A stretch of 64,000 bases of DNA, from NCBI GenBank assembly GCA_002269645.1, contig NIVC01000426.1, positions 62,001-126,000 of the forward strand. Direction: 5' to 3'. Position numbers and translations under genes: made by a program. This document shows positions 21,001 to 33,400 of this stretch, piece by piece (positions within the stretch are counted from its first letter, which is position 1; each line of letters begins with the position of its first letter). The stretch is from Macrostomum lignano. Its lineage: Eukaryota. Under the pieces are notes generated by a model. That model was not told where the DNA came from and ran no database searches. It saw only the letters and a list, made by a program, of their open reading frames with translations.

Positions 21001-21417
21001 AATTCCAGCTGTTGCTAAGGTGGGGAATTCCAGTTGTTTGCTATTGATATTGTGGGGAATTTCAGTTGTTTGCTATTGATATTGTGGGGAATTTCAGTTG
21101 TTTGCTATTGATATTATGGGAAATTCAATTTGTTGCTAAGCTGGGAAATTCCAGTTATTGCTAAGGTCGGGAATTCCAGCTGTTGCTAAGCTGGGTAATT
21201 CCAGCTGTACATGTCGAAAAATGGAAACTCAAACCTGCTCAACATACAATCCGCACAGGGGCACTGCGAGCCGTGCGGCTACACAAAAATGTGCGACCCC
21301 AACTACTCGCAGCAGTTGGTCCACTTTGACAAGCTCGGCCGGGCCTGGGAGCGCCAGAATTCCCGATCGAAGCACTCTCGACTGCAGCGACTAGCGGGGT
21401 CGCCTCGACTCGGGTGA
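18032..21417 (+). CDS. CDC25: Cdc25/String dual-specificity phosphatase
   Basis: Exons 18032-18421, 19138-19932, 21259-21417, all phase 0 and GT-AG (branch site tgctaac at 19111). Rhodanese motifs [21 protein letters not shown], catalytic HCEFSSQR (HCx5R), YPQLHYPELYLLQGGYKAFY, CEPCGYTKM. Confidence 0.97.
20191..21200. repeat. Compound minisatellite in Cdc25 intron 2 (25-bp GTGGGGAATTCCAGTTGTTGCTAAG and 32-bp GTGGGGAATTTCAGTTGTTTGCTATTGATATT)
   Basis: About 12 copies of the 25-mer, then blocks of the 32-mer separated by a recurring three-unit cassette. Confidence 0.96.
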
Positions 21418-22723
21418 GATTCGATCGAGAGAGCTTTTTTTTAAGCGGCAGGATCGACCGTGAAATTTGGAAGCAGTTTAGCCTAACGAATAGACACTAA
21501 TATACACAGCAATATTATATAATGACACAACTGTGACAATCATACTACTGCATACCGAGAGTAGTGTCATACAGGTCATATTTTGTTAGTAATTTTTCAA
21601 TTAGATAGAAGTCGAAAGTATCTATATTAGTCTAGTTTATATATTATAAATTATAGCAATATTTTATTATACACATTTCGAGCCAAATAATATTGTTTTT
21701 ATTAATCCCCTTTATCATCAGAGGCTTTAATATAATCTTACTACTGCAATATCAATGTCCAAAAATGCAGGTTGCACAAATTAATATTAATTTTTACTTT
21801 TTTTCTGTATTGTTTTATTTAGCTATTCTAACTGACTATTGTCCTGGTGTTGTTTTATTAACTAATATTAACATATTTAATAGTGATCGGCTGCTCATAT
21901 CTTTAATATCAAAATATTATCATTTTTTAATGTGCGGCATGCAATACATTGCTACCAGTAGATGCAATTTCGTCACAGCAAGTCGCATTTTAGTTACCAA
22001 ACCCCTATTGTGCTACTTTGGCAAGTAAGTAGTACGCGTGATTATTTTAAAAAAAAGACCTTTCGCCTGTCGGGGCTTTCTAAGGCAGCTCAGTGAGTTG
22101 AGCTAATAATTTTGCATTCTATTATTATTATTATTAACCAGCTGTACGGCCAATTGCACTTTAATCTCTGCTCTTTTATTTCTCTTTTTTATCTCAGCTG
22201 CCGCCCATCTCTATGGCTCCCCGATTGCACAGTGATGCAAATGATGATGATAAATAAAAACTGAATATTGAAAACAATATGCAGCGATTCGCGATCGACT
22301 GGAGCAAGCCAAGGCGCAGCGCCGCCTGGAAACCATTTTTTAATAAACTGTGGAATTGCGCAAATGATTTGCATGCGAACGCTTTAATAACTTGCCTAGG
22401 AAATTTGTCTCCTTTGTTAATAATGAGCTAAGATAGTTAATTATTATGGATTACTAGCCTAGCCAATGTGAATTAGACATGAATAGAATGGACTAGCAAT
22501 CAGTGCCCCCCCCCGTTGGGGAGCCAACAAAGAATGGAATACAAGTTTTTTAATAAACTACATGTATAGCTTCTCCTTGCAAAAACCTCAGCAATTATTC
22601 CCCTTGTAAGCCTTGACATCGTAGGCATTCCCAAATGAATCTTCTATGTTCGACATGACGCTTCTGTCACATGTATCTCTGACATTACGCTTTTATTTTT
22701 TACATGACGCTTCTATCAGCGCT

Positions 22724-23680
22724 CCAATCACAGCAGGGTGAGCTGCAGCTCAGAGCTGCTGGTCAATCTCAGCAGGGCCGTGAGCTGGAGCTCAGAGCTG
22801 CCAGCCAATCACAGCAGGGTGAGCTGGAGCGCAGAGCTGCTGGCCAATCTCAGCAAGGGTGAGCTGGAGCTCAGAGCTGCCAGCCAATCACAGCAGGGTG
22901 AGCTGCAGCTCAGAGCTGCTGGCAAATCTCAGCAGGGTGAGCTGGAGCGCAGAGCTGCTAGCCAATCACAGCAGGGTGAGTTGGAGCTCAGAGCTGCTGG
23001 CCAATCTCAGCAGGGCCGTGAGCTGGAGCGCAGAGCTGCTAGCCAATCACAGAAGGGTGAGTTGGAGCTCAGAGCTGCCAGCCAATCACAGCAGGGTGAG
23101 CTGGAGCGCAGAGCTGCTGGCCAATCTCAGCAGGGTGAGCTGGAGCTCAGAGCTGCCAGCCAATCACAGCAGGGTGAGCTGGAGCTCAGAGCTGCTGGCC
23201 AATCTTAGCAGGGTGAGCTGGAGCTCAGAGCTGCCAGCCAATCACAGCAGGGTGAGCTTGAGCTCAGAGCTGCTGGCCAATCTCAGCAGGGCCGTGAGCT
23301 GGAGCTCAGAGCTGCCAGCCAATCACAGCAGGGTGAGCTGCAGCTCAGAGCTGCTGGCCAATCTCAGCAGGGTGAGCTGCAGCTCAGAGCTGCCAGCCAA
23401 TCACAGCAGGGTGAGCTGCAGCTCAGAGCTGCTGGCCAATCTCAGCAGGGCCGTGAGCTGGAGCGCAGAGCTGCTAGCCAATCACAGCAGGGTGAGTTGG
23501 AGCTCAGAGCTGCTGGCCAATCTCAGCAAGGGTGAGCTGGAGCTCAGAGCTGCCAGCCAATCACAGCAGGGTGAGCTGGAGCTGAGAGCTGCCAGCCAAT
23601 CACAGCAGGGTGAGCTGGAGCTCAGAGCTGCTGGCCAATCACAGCAGGGTGAGCTGGAGCTCAGAGCTGCCAACCAATCA
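22724..23680. repeat. ~39-bp CCAAT-containing minisatellite (GAGCTGGAGCTCAGAGCTGCCAGCCAATCACAGCAGGGT), intergenic
   Basis: About 24 copies of two alternating variants (AGCCAATCAC / GGCCAATCTC) between the convergent 3' ends of Cdc25 and ZDHHC. Confidence 0.96.
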
Positions 23681-24552
23681 TAACTCGGTAAGCTGGAGCT
23701 CTGCTTAGATTGCCAACACTCACTCAACAAAGTTCTAACCTAGCTTGAATATTAACTTTATTTTCTGGCACTTTGTGCTCAAATCACCAGATGTTTCTTG
23801 CGCGAACAATTTAAGATAAATTTTCAAAAAATCCATTTGATGACAGCATTGGATTCTTGCACGTAGACTTAGGTGACCATAACGAGCGTAAAATCACTAA
23901 ATGATTTTTTATGCAACAAAATTGAAAGGATTTCATGAAGTCTCTTGTTCTCAATGCGACAGAAGATATAAAAATTGCACCTAAATAGAGGAAAATCAAT
24001 TTGTTATAGAGCAGTAAAAGTTTAGCTCGTATCTGTAAGTTTTTTACCTTTCTAGAGCAGTGTGTACGAAATAGAATGGAAATTGCTATAATCTAGTCTA
24101 TGTTATTAATTTATAAAATGCATGACTATTTCAGAGAGTAAAATAACCGACATTGGGATCGCATTAAACACAATTCCACTTAAATCAGTTCAACAACTTC
24201 CTGCTTTAAAGTTAATAAAAATGTATTTAAAACAAGCACTGTAATGGAGTTCAAAGTAGTTTTTTATTAAATAAAAAAGCATTTTACTTTCAGCCGAAGA
24301 AAGAAATCATATAAAGTCACTGCTTTAAAGCTTAAGGCCGCATATTCAGCATAAAAACTGCGGTAAGAAACTGCAGAAAATTTCACAACTAAACAAAAGT
24401 CAAAAGCTGCACAATGAGCAATGAATGAGAAGAGGTTGAGTGAACCAAGAATTTCACTCAGGGTGTGGAGATTTTACGAGCTAATGCATTTATTTTTATT
24501 ATACATGTAGGCATGGGCTTGCGCACTTTAAGCGACATTGTCACACAACCGG

Positions 24553-24782
24553 CACACAAGCGCGCGGATACGGATGCAGTCATACGCACAGGCACACACA
24601 CACAGGAGTGTACAGCGGCCCTAACTTTATTTATCGCTAGGCATGTACACTTCACTGTGCCTTGGCCCTCAAGGCCGTTAATTGCAGGAGCAGAGCCAAG
24701 CCGAGATTCCAATTCAGCCCCAAATGAAGTGGCTGCACTTGGAGTCGAGCCTGGGCCGCTGGCACATCAGAGCACCGCTTCA
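24553..24782 (-). mobile_element. Second copy of the tRNA-derived SINE family (truncated)
   Basis: Reverse complement aligns at high identity with 12270-12490 (GGCTCGA-TCCAAGTGCA...GGAATCTCGGCTTGGCTCTGCTC...CAGTGAAGTGTACATGCCTA-CGATAAATAAAGTTAGGGCCGCTGTACACTCCTGTGTG). Confidence 0.8.
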
Positions 24783-25105
24783 ATTCATTTGTACCTGATA
24801 TCAGGAATTATTTTCATAGTTTTCTTAATTCTACATACAGACTGGATGTAAATCAGTTATCATTCTAAGAATCTAGTAAAGCACACAGAAAAAATTTTTG
24901 AATCAGACTAAAGCATATCGGGAATTTAAAGTGGGGCAGTCGGTTTTGCCTACTGCTAAACGAAGCGAACAAATTGGCTTTCCTGGCATCAAATTTTGAG
25001 CACTTTTATCACTGGATTTCTCCGATGGATATTTTCTTTAACTATTTGTTGAAACAAACAATCAGCCAATGCTGTACTTGAATGATACGTGCAGGTCTTT
25101 TGGCA

Positions 25106-28099
25106 CTAAACTGGCATTGGCTCCTTCACTTTTAACAGTTCATCGTAATCCCACTGCGGTTTTAAATGGAAGAACTCCAGAAAATTGCGAGCCACGCCTC
25201 GGTCGAAGGGATTCCAAAATTTTCCCTGAGCATCCTGCAAATACTTGTAGCGCTGCATGTTCATCAACTCGTTCGTTGTGATGTTCTTGGCGGCGTTGTA
25301 CCACTGGAATTGGGGGAATTGCAACTGCCATTTAGACTGGAATAAGAATATTGTTCAGCCTAGGGTGGCAGCTGAAGGATCAGGGAGGGGTGACAGCTCC
25401 TGATGAAGGATCGGAAGGATCGGCAGCTGAAGAATCGGGGAGTGGCAGCTGAAGGATCGGGGAGGGGTGGCAGCTGAAGGATCGGGGAGGAGTGGCAGCT
25501 GAAGGATCGGGGAAGGGTGGCAGCTGAAGGATCGGGGAGGGGGTGGCAGCTGAAGGATCGGGGAGGGGTGGCAGCTGAAGAATCGGGGAGTGGCAGCTGA
25601 AGAATCGGGGAAGGGTGGCAGCTGAAGGATCGGGGAGGGGGAGGCAGCTGAAGGATCGGGGAGGGGTGGCAGCTGAAGGATCGGGGAGGAGTGGCAGCTG
25701 AAGGATCGGGGAGGGGTGGCAGCTGAAGGATCGGGGAGGAGTGGCAGCTGAAGGATCGGGGAAGGGTGGCAGCTGAAGGATCGGGAGGGGTGGCAGCTGA
25801 AGGATCGGGGAGGAGTGGCAGCTGAAGGATCGGGGAGGGGGTGGCAGCTGAAGGATCGGGGAGGGGTGGCAGCTGAAGAATCGGGGAGTGGCAGCTGAAG
25901 AATCGGGGAAGGGTGGCAGCTGAAGGATCGGGGAGGGGTGGCAGCTGAAGGATCAGGGAGGGGTGGCAGCTGAAGGATCGGGGAGGGGTGGCAGCTGAAG
26001 GATCGGGGAGGGTGGCAGCTGAAGGATCGGGGAGGGGTGGCAGCTGAAGGATCGGGGAGGGTGGCAGCTGAAGGATCCAGGAGGGGTGGCAGCTGATGGC
26101 TAAAGGATGAAGGCCACCTTACCCCATATCTGTTGATGATGATGAGCATGATGCCGAACAAAGCCTGTAGCGGCACGCCAATCATGTAGTCCCATCGGTA
26201 GGGCCGGCCCTCGATGTTCCACACGATCCAGATCAGATTCAGCGAGATTACGCCGGACAAGACGCAGAATGTCACGAACAGAAGGAAGCTGTGCCTGCGT
26301 GCGCGGGAGGGATGAATAGGCCGCATAAATCATTATTTAAATAGGCCTAACCACGGATTTGAATGTTAATAAAGATCTTAAGCAGTTAGATCCCAAGCTT
26401 AGATTGGTATAAACATCCCCATAATCAACCAAAACCACCTTGTCACGGCTGCTCACCTGTTGTTAGCTCCAACGCAGTTGTACACGTAGGGGCAGTGATG
26501 ATCCATGTGCGACACGCACCTGTTGCAAATTTTGCAGTGCTTGGACCGCAACGGTTTCACGGCTCGGCAGGTGTGGCACAGCCGCTCCAACTGGCTGGAA
26601 CCGGATCCCGCCAGCTTGATGGCCTGATCGTACTCAGGCTGGTTCCTGGCCAGGTAGCCTGGATCGCTCAGGTTGGTGTGGTAGAAGCAGATCCACATGA
26701 GCGCATTGAAGCAGATGAACAGGTAGTTCATGCCGGGGTACTGCTCAATGGTGAGCGGGAAGCCTCGAACAATATAGTTTGAGTAGCCCCAAACTCCGAC
26801 TGTGATTAGAAAGAACAGCAGCGGGCAGCGGGTGTTTCCGGGCGGGCCAAACAGCAGGTGACTCCAATTAAGCTCTTCTCCCAGCATCGAGGATTGGCTG
26901 CGCTGTTGCTTGTTCAGGAAGTGCTCAATTTCCAGGTGACGACGCCCGGCCGCGAGTTGAATTGGAGTTCGGCCGTTATTGTCCGCCACGTTGATTGCCA
27001 CCTGAGATACAGGTGAGGAGAGGGGGTGAGTTCTTTATGGGTAAATGTTTATGAGATTTTCTAACTTACTATTTGTACGTTGGCTTGCCTAGGTAATTAT
27101 TATCCGTGATTTTATTACTGCTTATTGTAATTAAATACCTGTCTGTTGGCTTGTCTAACTGATTATCTGTGATTTTATTACCGCGTATTATAGTTAAATA
27201 CCTGTCTGTTGGCTTGCCTAGCTAATTATGTGTGATTTTATGACCTTTGAACTAATTGCTTACCTGTAGTTAGTCGGCGTGCTTATCGATGATTAAATGA
27301 CTGAAATCTATCTAACATTGCTTGATTGTCTTGTTTATTAAAATAAAACTTCGCGCACCTAAGTGCGCAGACTTGCGGTAAAAGTAAGCCTTTTTACCTT
27401 ATCAACAAAGCACAAATCGCGCACAATAGCCAAGCTGCCACCGATGCAGGCAAAGTGCAGCGGCGTCTGCCCGTAAACGTCCTTCGCCTCCGGCTGGCAG
27501 CCAGCGTAGACCAGCAGTCGCATTAGGTCGGCCTGGCCTTTGAACGCGGCCCAGTGCATCGCTGTGTCGCCTTCCAAGTCGAATGCGGCGATGGCGGCGC
27601 CGCGGGACATCAGATAGATTGCCGCCACCGTCTGGCCGTACTGGCAGGCTACCAGGAGCGGAGTGGCGCCTTTTTCGTCTCTCTGATCTATGCTAGCGCC
27701 GCACCGGTCCAGCAGGAATTCAATGATGGTCACGTGACCGTTAACACTGGCCCAGTGAATCGGCCTCTGGCCAAGCTCGTGACTGCTCGTCAGGTTGCAC
27801 AGGCCGGGATCTTGACTGGCGATGAAGTCCAGCACTCCTAGGCGGTAGTTCAGGCTGGCCCAGTGCGCCGCCGTGTGCCCCGCATCGTCGCGGCTGGCCA
27901 GAAGGTTGGCAGCAGCGTCGGCTTCTTCAGCTACTCGATGATGCAGATAGTCGAGATCGCCTCGCCTGGCTGCCTCGAAGATATCACGGCTGGGGGCCTC
28001 GGCGGCGGCTGTTGCAGCGGCTCGCAAGAGTTGCTTCTTGCTTTGACCAACGCTGGTCTTGTAGACCTCGACAAATGAGCCAACAATGCTGCTGGCCAT
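25106..28099 (-). CDS. ZDHHC17: Ankyrin-repeat DHHC palmitoyltransferase (ZDHHC17/ZDHHC13, HIP14-like)
   Basis: Exons (minus) 28099-27398 (ankyrin repeats GHTAAHWAS, RPIHWAS, ATPLLVAC, QTPLHFAC), 27001-26457 (LCHTCRAVKPLRSKHCKICNRCVSHMDHHCPYVYNCVG), 26294-26123, 25303-25106 (ITTNE, RYKYL, NPFDRG). Phases 0,2,0 are consistent. Confidence 0.95.
25363..26096. repeat. ~25-bp G-rich minisatellite (GGCAGCTGAAGGATCGGGGAGGGGT) filling ZDHHC intron 3
   Basis: About 29 copies; starts ~25 nt after the donor at 26122. Confidence 0.96.
27079..27270. repeat. Degenerate ~63-bp tandem repeat in ZDHHC intron 1
   Basis: GTTGGCTTGCCTAG...TGTGATTTTATTAC...TTAAATACCTGTCT recurs about three times. Confidence 0.75.
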
Positions 28100-30426
28100 G
28101 ACCCAATGCTAACTTCTGATCTTAACAAGATGCTTAGCCTGCAATAAATAGATGGCATTCATGATTAAATAGACTTAATGTATTATATTTTTTTAAAAGT
28201 CCCTGAGAGCAATACATTCTTTTGTTCCCTAAATCAACTTTTATATTAAATACTAATGTTATGAGTCATGCTTACTAATTATAATGCATACTCATACAAA
28301 CAATTCATAACTCAAAAACTCAGTTTGATAAGTCAGAAAAAATAAGTTAAGAATTTAACTATACCTGTGAGCAATGAGAATAGTAAAGTTTACCACTTTA
28401 TTAATGTTTAGAAATCTACTTTTTTAGAAAAATCAAGGACAATGACAATTGAACACAAATCTTAGTTTTATTATTTGTTTGAACTTGGTGATAAACTGTT
28501 TAAAAATAACAAAAATACTGATAAAGGCTGCCCATAGTGGTTGAAAACCACATATTTACTTTGTGACCAAAAAGGTGTAAAATTAAATAAATTAGGGAAG
28601 GGGGGTCAGGCAGCTTAAAACCTTAGAACCACCCTTACTATGTATGATGGTAATCCAATATGATAAGCAGAAATATATATTTTTTACTACTGACATTAAA
28701 TCTACACCCGACCATGCCCGATAAAATCATACTTATCGTAACCAAAATTTAGTCAAAGTATGCAAGTTAAGCGAAGGTATAATAAATAAAACATTTTCGT
28801 AAAAAACAGCTCAAGATTAAACTGTCATTTTTATAAAAATTGAAAAGACAGTTAAAACGATTTTTTAAGCTTTCTTCACTGTAAATTATACAAGCTTTGT
28901 TTATATTTGTTCTTCTAAGAGCAACAGTTTAAATGTTAGAAAAAAAATTTGTGGAAACATGAACTTCTGAATAGATATAGATAGATCAACCTGGAGAAGT
29001 CCTTCGACAGCTTCTAGTTCTGGGTTGCTCATTATTATACCATTTAGTGAAGTCAGTGGACTATTGACTGCTATGAGTATGGACTAACTTGTTTTAACTT
29101 ATTGAATTGATTTTTTAACTCAAAATAATTTAATGCAGTAAACTAGGATTATGCCATGGATATCATTATCATATGTAGTTATACATATATTTGATATAAT
29201 GATGGAACTAAAAAGCTATAGCTAATATTATTATAAGCTAGTATGCTTTATTTTTTATAGATATATGACACTTGTCACTTACCAATTTTGGGCACTAGGC
29301 CTAGTCTTTAATAAATGTTAGGCCTAATATATTAATAAGTGTTACAATATAAAAGCATTATGATTTTTATAAACCTTATAGACTATCATTAAAAGTCAAA
29401 TGAGAAGTTACAACATAACACGATGAATATTTTAATTTCCTTAGGCATCTAATTAATATTTGTTTATGATAATGATCATCCAATATAGCAACTTTTTACT
29501 TATTTATAAACTTAAGTAAATTTTATAAAATTATGAACAGATTTATTGTTTGCATATAATTATAAGCATTACTTTAATTTACTTCTTTCCTAATATTTTG
29601 TAACCTTCTAAGTTTCTACTTTCTATTATATCTATTAAGCTGTGCCTCTAGTACTATTTAAAACAACCTTCTTGGTCATATTTCATTATTAATTAATTAG
29701 GTTTTGAGTTTTAAATAAACAAGCTAATTCTTACCTTATATTTATTTACTTTTAATAGTTTTTTGTATTCAAGTTTTTATTTATTATTTGTAACTTTTTT
29801 AGCTTATAAAGTAAATTGCTTGGATTATCTTTGTTAGATCAGCTAAAAAAATAGAAAAGCAAAGACAGTGCATTATAAAGTCTATTTTTTGGAAGAAGAA
29901 TAAAGCTTATATATTTTCTATGTTAACATTAATGCTAATATTAATTGATTAAAATTCATGCCTATGTAATTCCTTTGATTTACATTGGCTATATGACTTA
30001 CTCTATGACAAAGAAGCAATCTGCCTAAAAAAGAAACAAGAAAAATTAATATAATTTTTGGGAAATGGCAGGAATAAATATGTCTATATCTTTTTGGATA
30101 AAAAGTTGTTATATTTGTATGCTCATAATCATAATCAAAGATATTAATAAGGCACTTAGGTAAATTAAAATATATTCGTAATATTTCAACTTCTTGTTAG
30201 ACTTATATTATTGTTTTTTTTGCATCTTTGGTGTTATTGGAATTGCCAATAATGTTTGCAATAATTTTCGTTACCTCCCAAATTTATGCAAACTTATTAG
30301 TCTATTAATGCAAACAATCTTAATGGCAGTCTATTAATAATTAATGAAAACCTTAATGCTTATTAACACTTATTAACAGAAGTCTACTTTTGAAATATCC
30401 TAAAATACTTTCTATTAAAATTTCAG

Positions 30427-33400
30427 ATGAATAATAATCCAGGACTATACCTAGGTGGTAACCCTAGCCTAGCCTCAGCTGGACCTGCACCTGCTATTAA
30501 TGACTTATCAGCAGGATTTTATGTAAACAGCATTTGATATTAAAGTTGTGTCTGTTTTGTCAAACAAAAATTGTAGTATAATATTTGAGAACTACTTCAT
30601 TTTTGTAGCCAAGGGCACCAGCAGGTGTTGGTCCCCCCAACACTGGTCAATATGGAGCAACTTGTCTGTCTGGCAGGATGCAGGGCCTAAACTTATTGGG
30701 TGGCAACAGCCGCATGCCTGGAGTTGGTGGCACTGCCAGCCTTATGACTAGTCAGGTACTGTTCTAACTAGCTATAATATTTTGTTTTAGCATTGTATAA
30801 CTGCTTGTATAACCATTGTATAACTGCTCAGATGAGCATTTTGGCTGCTACTGTCTTACCTGGACGGCAGCAGCAGCAGATGTCCCTGCCTAAGCCTGCT
30901 ATGCTGCATCACCATCGCTGTCACAGTCTGTCAGCTCATGGCCTGCCGCCTTATTCTACTGCTTCTTGTGGATCGCTTAGCAAAATTATAGGGACAGTAT
31001 CTGCTGCCCCCGCAATCTTGGTCTGACTCTTTTTTCTGTTTCTTTGTTCAATTGATTTCTTTTCAGTTTAAATCTGCAAGTTTCAAGTTAAATTTTTATT
31101 TCCTCAAAATGTTGATTTGATTTGCTTAGTTTCTAGTTAGTTTTATATTGGCCATAAAGGGTTAGAACATTTTTTATCAAAGAAATTTCAAACTTTCTCA
31201 GTTTGATCTCATGATCTCATCTCTCAGTTTCATTTCATTATCTCGTCTCTCAGTTTAATCTCGCATTCTTATCTCTCTGTTTGATCTCATGATCTCATCT
31301 CTCTGTTTGATCTCATGATCTCATCTCTCAGTTTGATTTTATGATCTCATCTCAGTTTGATCTTATCTATCAGTTTAATCTCGCGTTCTCATTTCTCAGT
31401 TTGATCTCATCTCTCTGTTTGATCTCATGATCTCATCTCTCAGTTTGATTTTATGATCTCATCTCAGTTTGATCTTATCTATCAGTTTAATCTCGCGTTC
31501 TCATCTCTCTGTTTGAACTCACGATCTCATCTTTCAGTTTCATCCCACGATCTCATCTCTCAGTTTTATCTCAATGTCATCTCTCAGTTTAATTTCATGT
31601 TCTCATCTCTCTTTATCTCCCATTCGCGCATTCGCTACTAAAACGTGCAAGTTAAGCCGAGATGGTCGCGGTTAGTACGCAGCTGAATAGGCTGATAATA
31701 ATTGCAGCAGGAGGGCTGTAGGCAACGCCCTCGGCGACATTGTTCAACAACCAGCGCTGAGGCAGTTGTGCCCATTCCGAGCCCCAAATGAATCTGCTTG
31801 CGCGCGGAATCAAATCAGGGGCCGTTGCGCGAGTCAGCATTCTGTGTTACTAAACTCCGTAGAATCCCCGCCTGCAGTACAGAATGAAAAACCCTCACCA
31901 TCCCTCCATCGCGACACTCGCCAGCCTCCGCCATCACTCGGCCACTCCGCCTCTTCTCCGTCCATGTCCGCCCAGCTGGCAGCCGCCGCCGCTGCCAGAT
32001 CTCGTCACCAGCAGCATCCAGCCGCTATCGACGAATTCGCCGCTGCGTCGTTTTTCTTTGACAGCACCGGAGGCAGAGTCGGCGGCTCGGCCGGTCTTGA
32101 GCAGCAGCAGCAACAGCAGCAGCAGCAGGGCAAAGCTAACAATGGCGGCAGGCTCGAACCGCCGCCTTGGTACGTATGCGCGCCGGCCGGTGATCAGAGC
32201 CAGTTCAGCAATAGAGGCGACGCGCTCACCTATATGGAGGCCGAAACGCGGCGATCTCTGCTGGCTAGAGCGCATAGCTTGCAGGTAAAAATCAAGGCTG
32301 TGGGTGGCTATTGGGAATTTAGGGATCAAATTTGTACTGAGAATGAAGATTATAGGGAAGATTCTGGGGAATAAGATGACCGGATTTTAGGAAGCTGATA
32401 GTGGAGAAGATTGGATTGGTTGGTGATTGTTAGATTGGCAAAAAATTTGTGGGAGATTAAAGTAGGAGATCATTGGGATCCAGGGGATCAGAGTGGGAGA
32501 TCATTGGGATCTGGATGATTAGAGTGGAAGATCATTCAGATCGAGAGGATTAGAGTGGGAGATCATTCAGATCGAGAGGATTAGAGTGGGAGATTATTCA
32601 GATCTAGAGGATTAGAGTGGGAGATCATTCAGATCTAGAGGATTAGATTGGGAGATCATTCAGATCGGGAGGATTAGAGTGGGAGATCATTCAGATCCAG
32701 AGGATTAGAGTGGGAGATTATTCAGATCTAGAGGATCATTGTGGGGGATCATTCAACTCTAGGAATTAGTACCTATGTATTCGAAATACATAATTCGCCG
32801 TCCCTCTCTCTCCAGGTGCGGTCGGACCCGTTGCCGGGCCTGCCGCAGTCGCTGTTGCATTATTCCCAGCTGACGCCGCTAGAGAATCCCAGCCAGATAC
32901 GCCGGTCGGCAACCCTCGGCTTGCCCAGCCTATGCTACAAAGCGTACAACGCCCGCCAGCAGCAGTGGGTGCTGTTGCGCAGATTTGTTGGCGCATCATT
33001 TCAACCGGCTAACGAAGCCATTGCGCATCTGGACGCGCTCAAGGAGGCCGATCATCCGCATTTAGCGCCAGTTCGCGACGCGTTCTATACTCAAGCGTTC
33101 GGCGATCAGTCCGCCTGTCTGGTTACCGACTTTTATCCTGGCTGCGCCACTATGCTGCTGGTGCACTGCTCGGATCCTATGAAGGTTTTTGCCATTTTTT
33201 TTAATGAGTCTGCGCGCAATTGTACTGCTTAAGGGCTGTTGAGTTTCAAACAGTGTGATGCTTGTAGGGTGGTGGAGACAGGTGTCCGAAGGGAAGGGCG
33301 CTAGAGACCGATGTCTGTAAAGAGTGGAGACATGTGTTTATATAAGGGATGGAGACAGGTGTCTGTAAAGAGTGGAGACATGTGTTTATATAAGGGATGG

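Noticed and set aside
9390-22620. 15-bp exact match GTAAGCCTTGACATC at 9390 and 22606
   Set aside because: A few 15-mer matches are expected by chance in 64 kb, and flank similarity is weak.
22738-23730. 156-274 aa ELELRAASQSQQG repeat ORFs
   Set aside because: Minisatellite translations with frame-shifting unit variants; no splice or start context.
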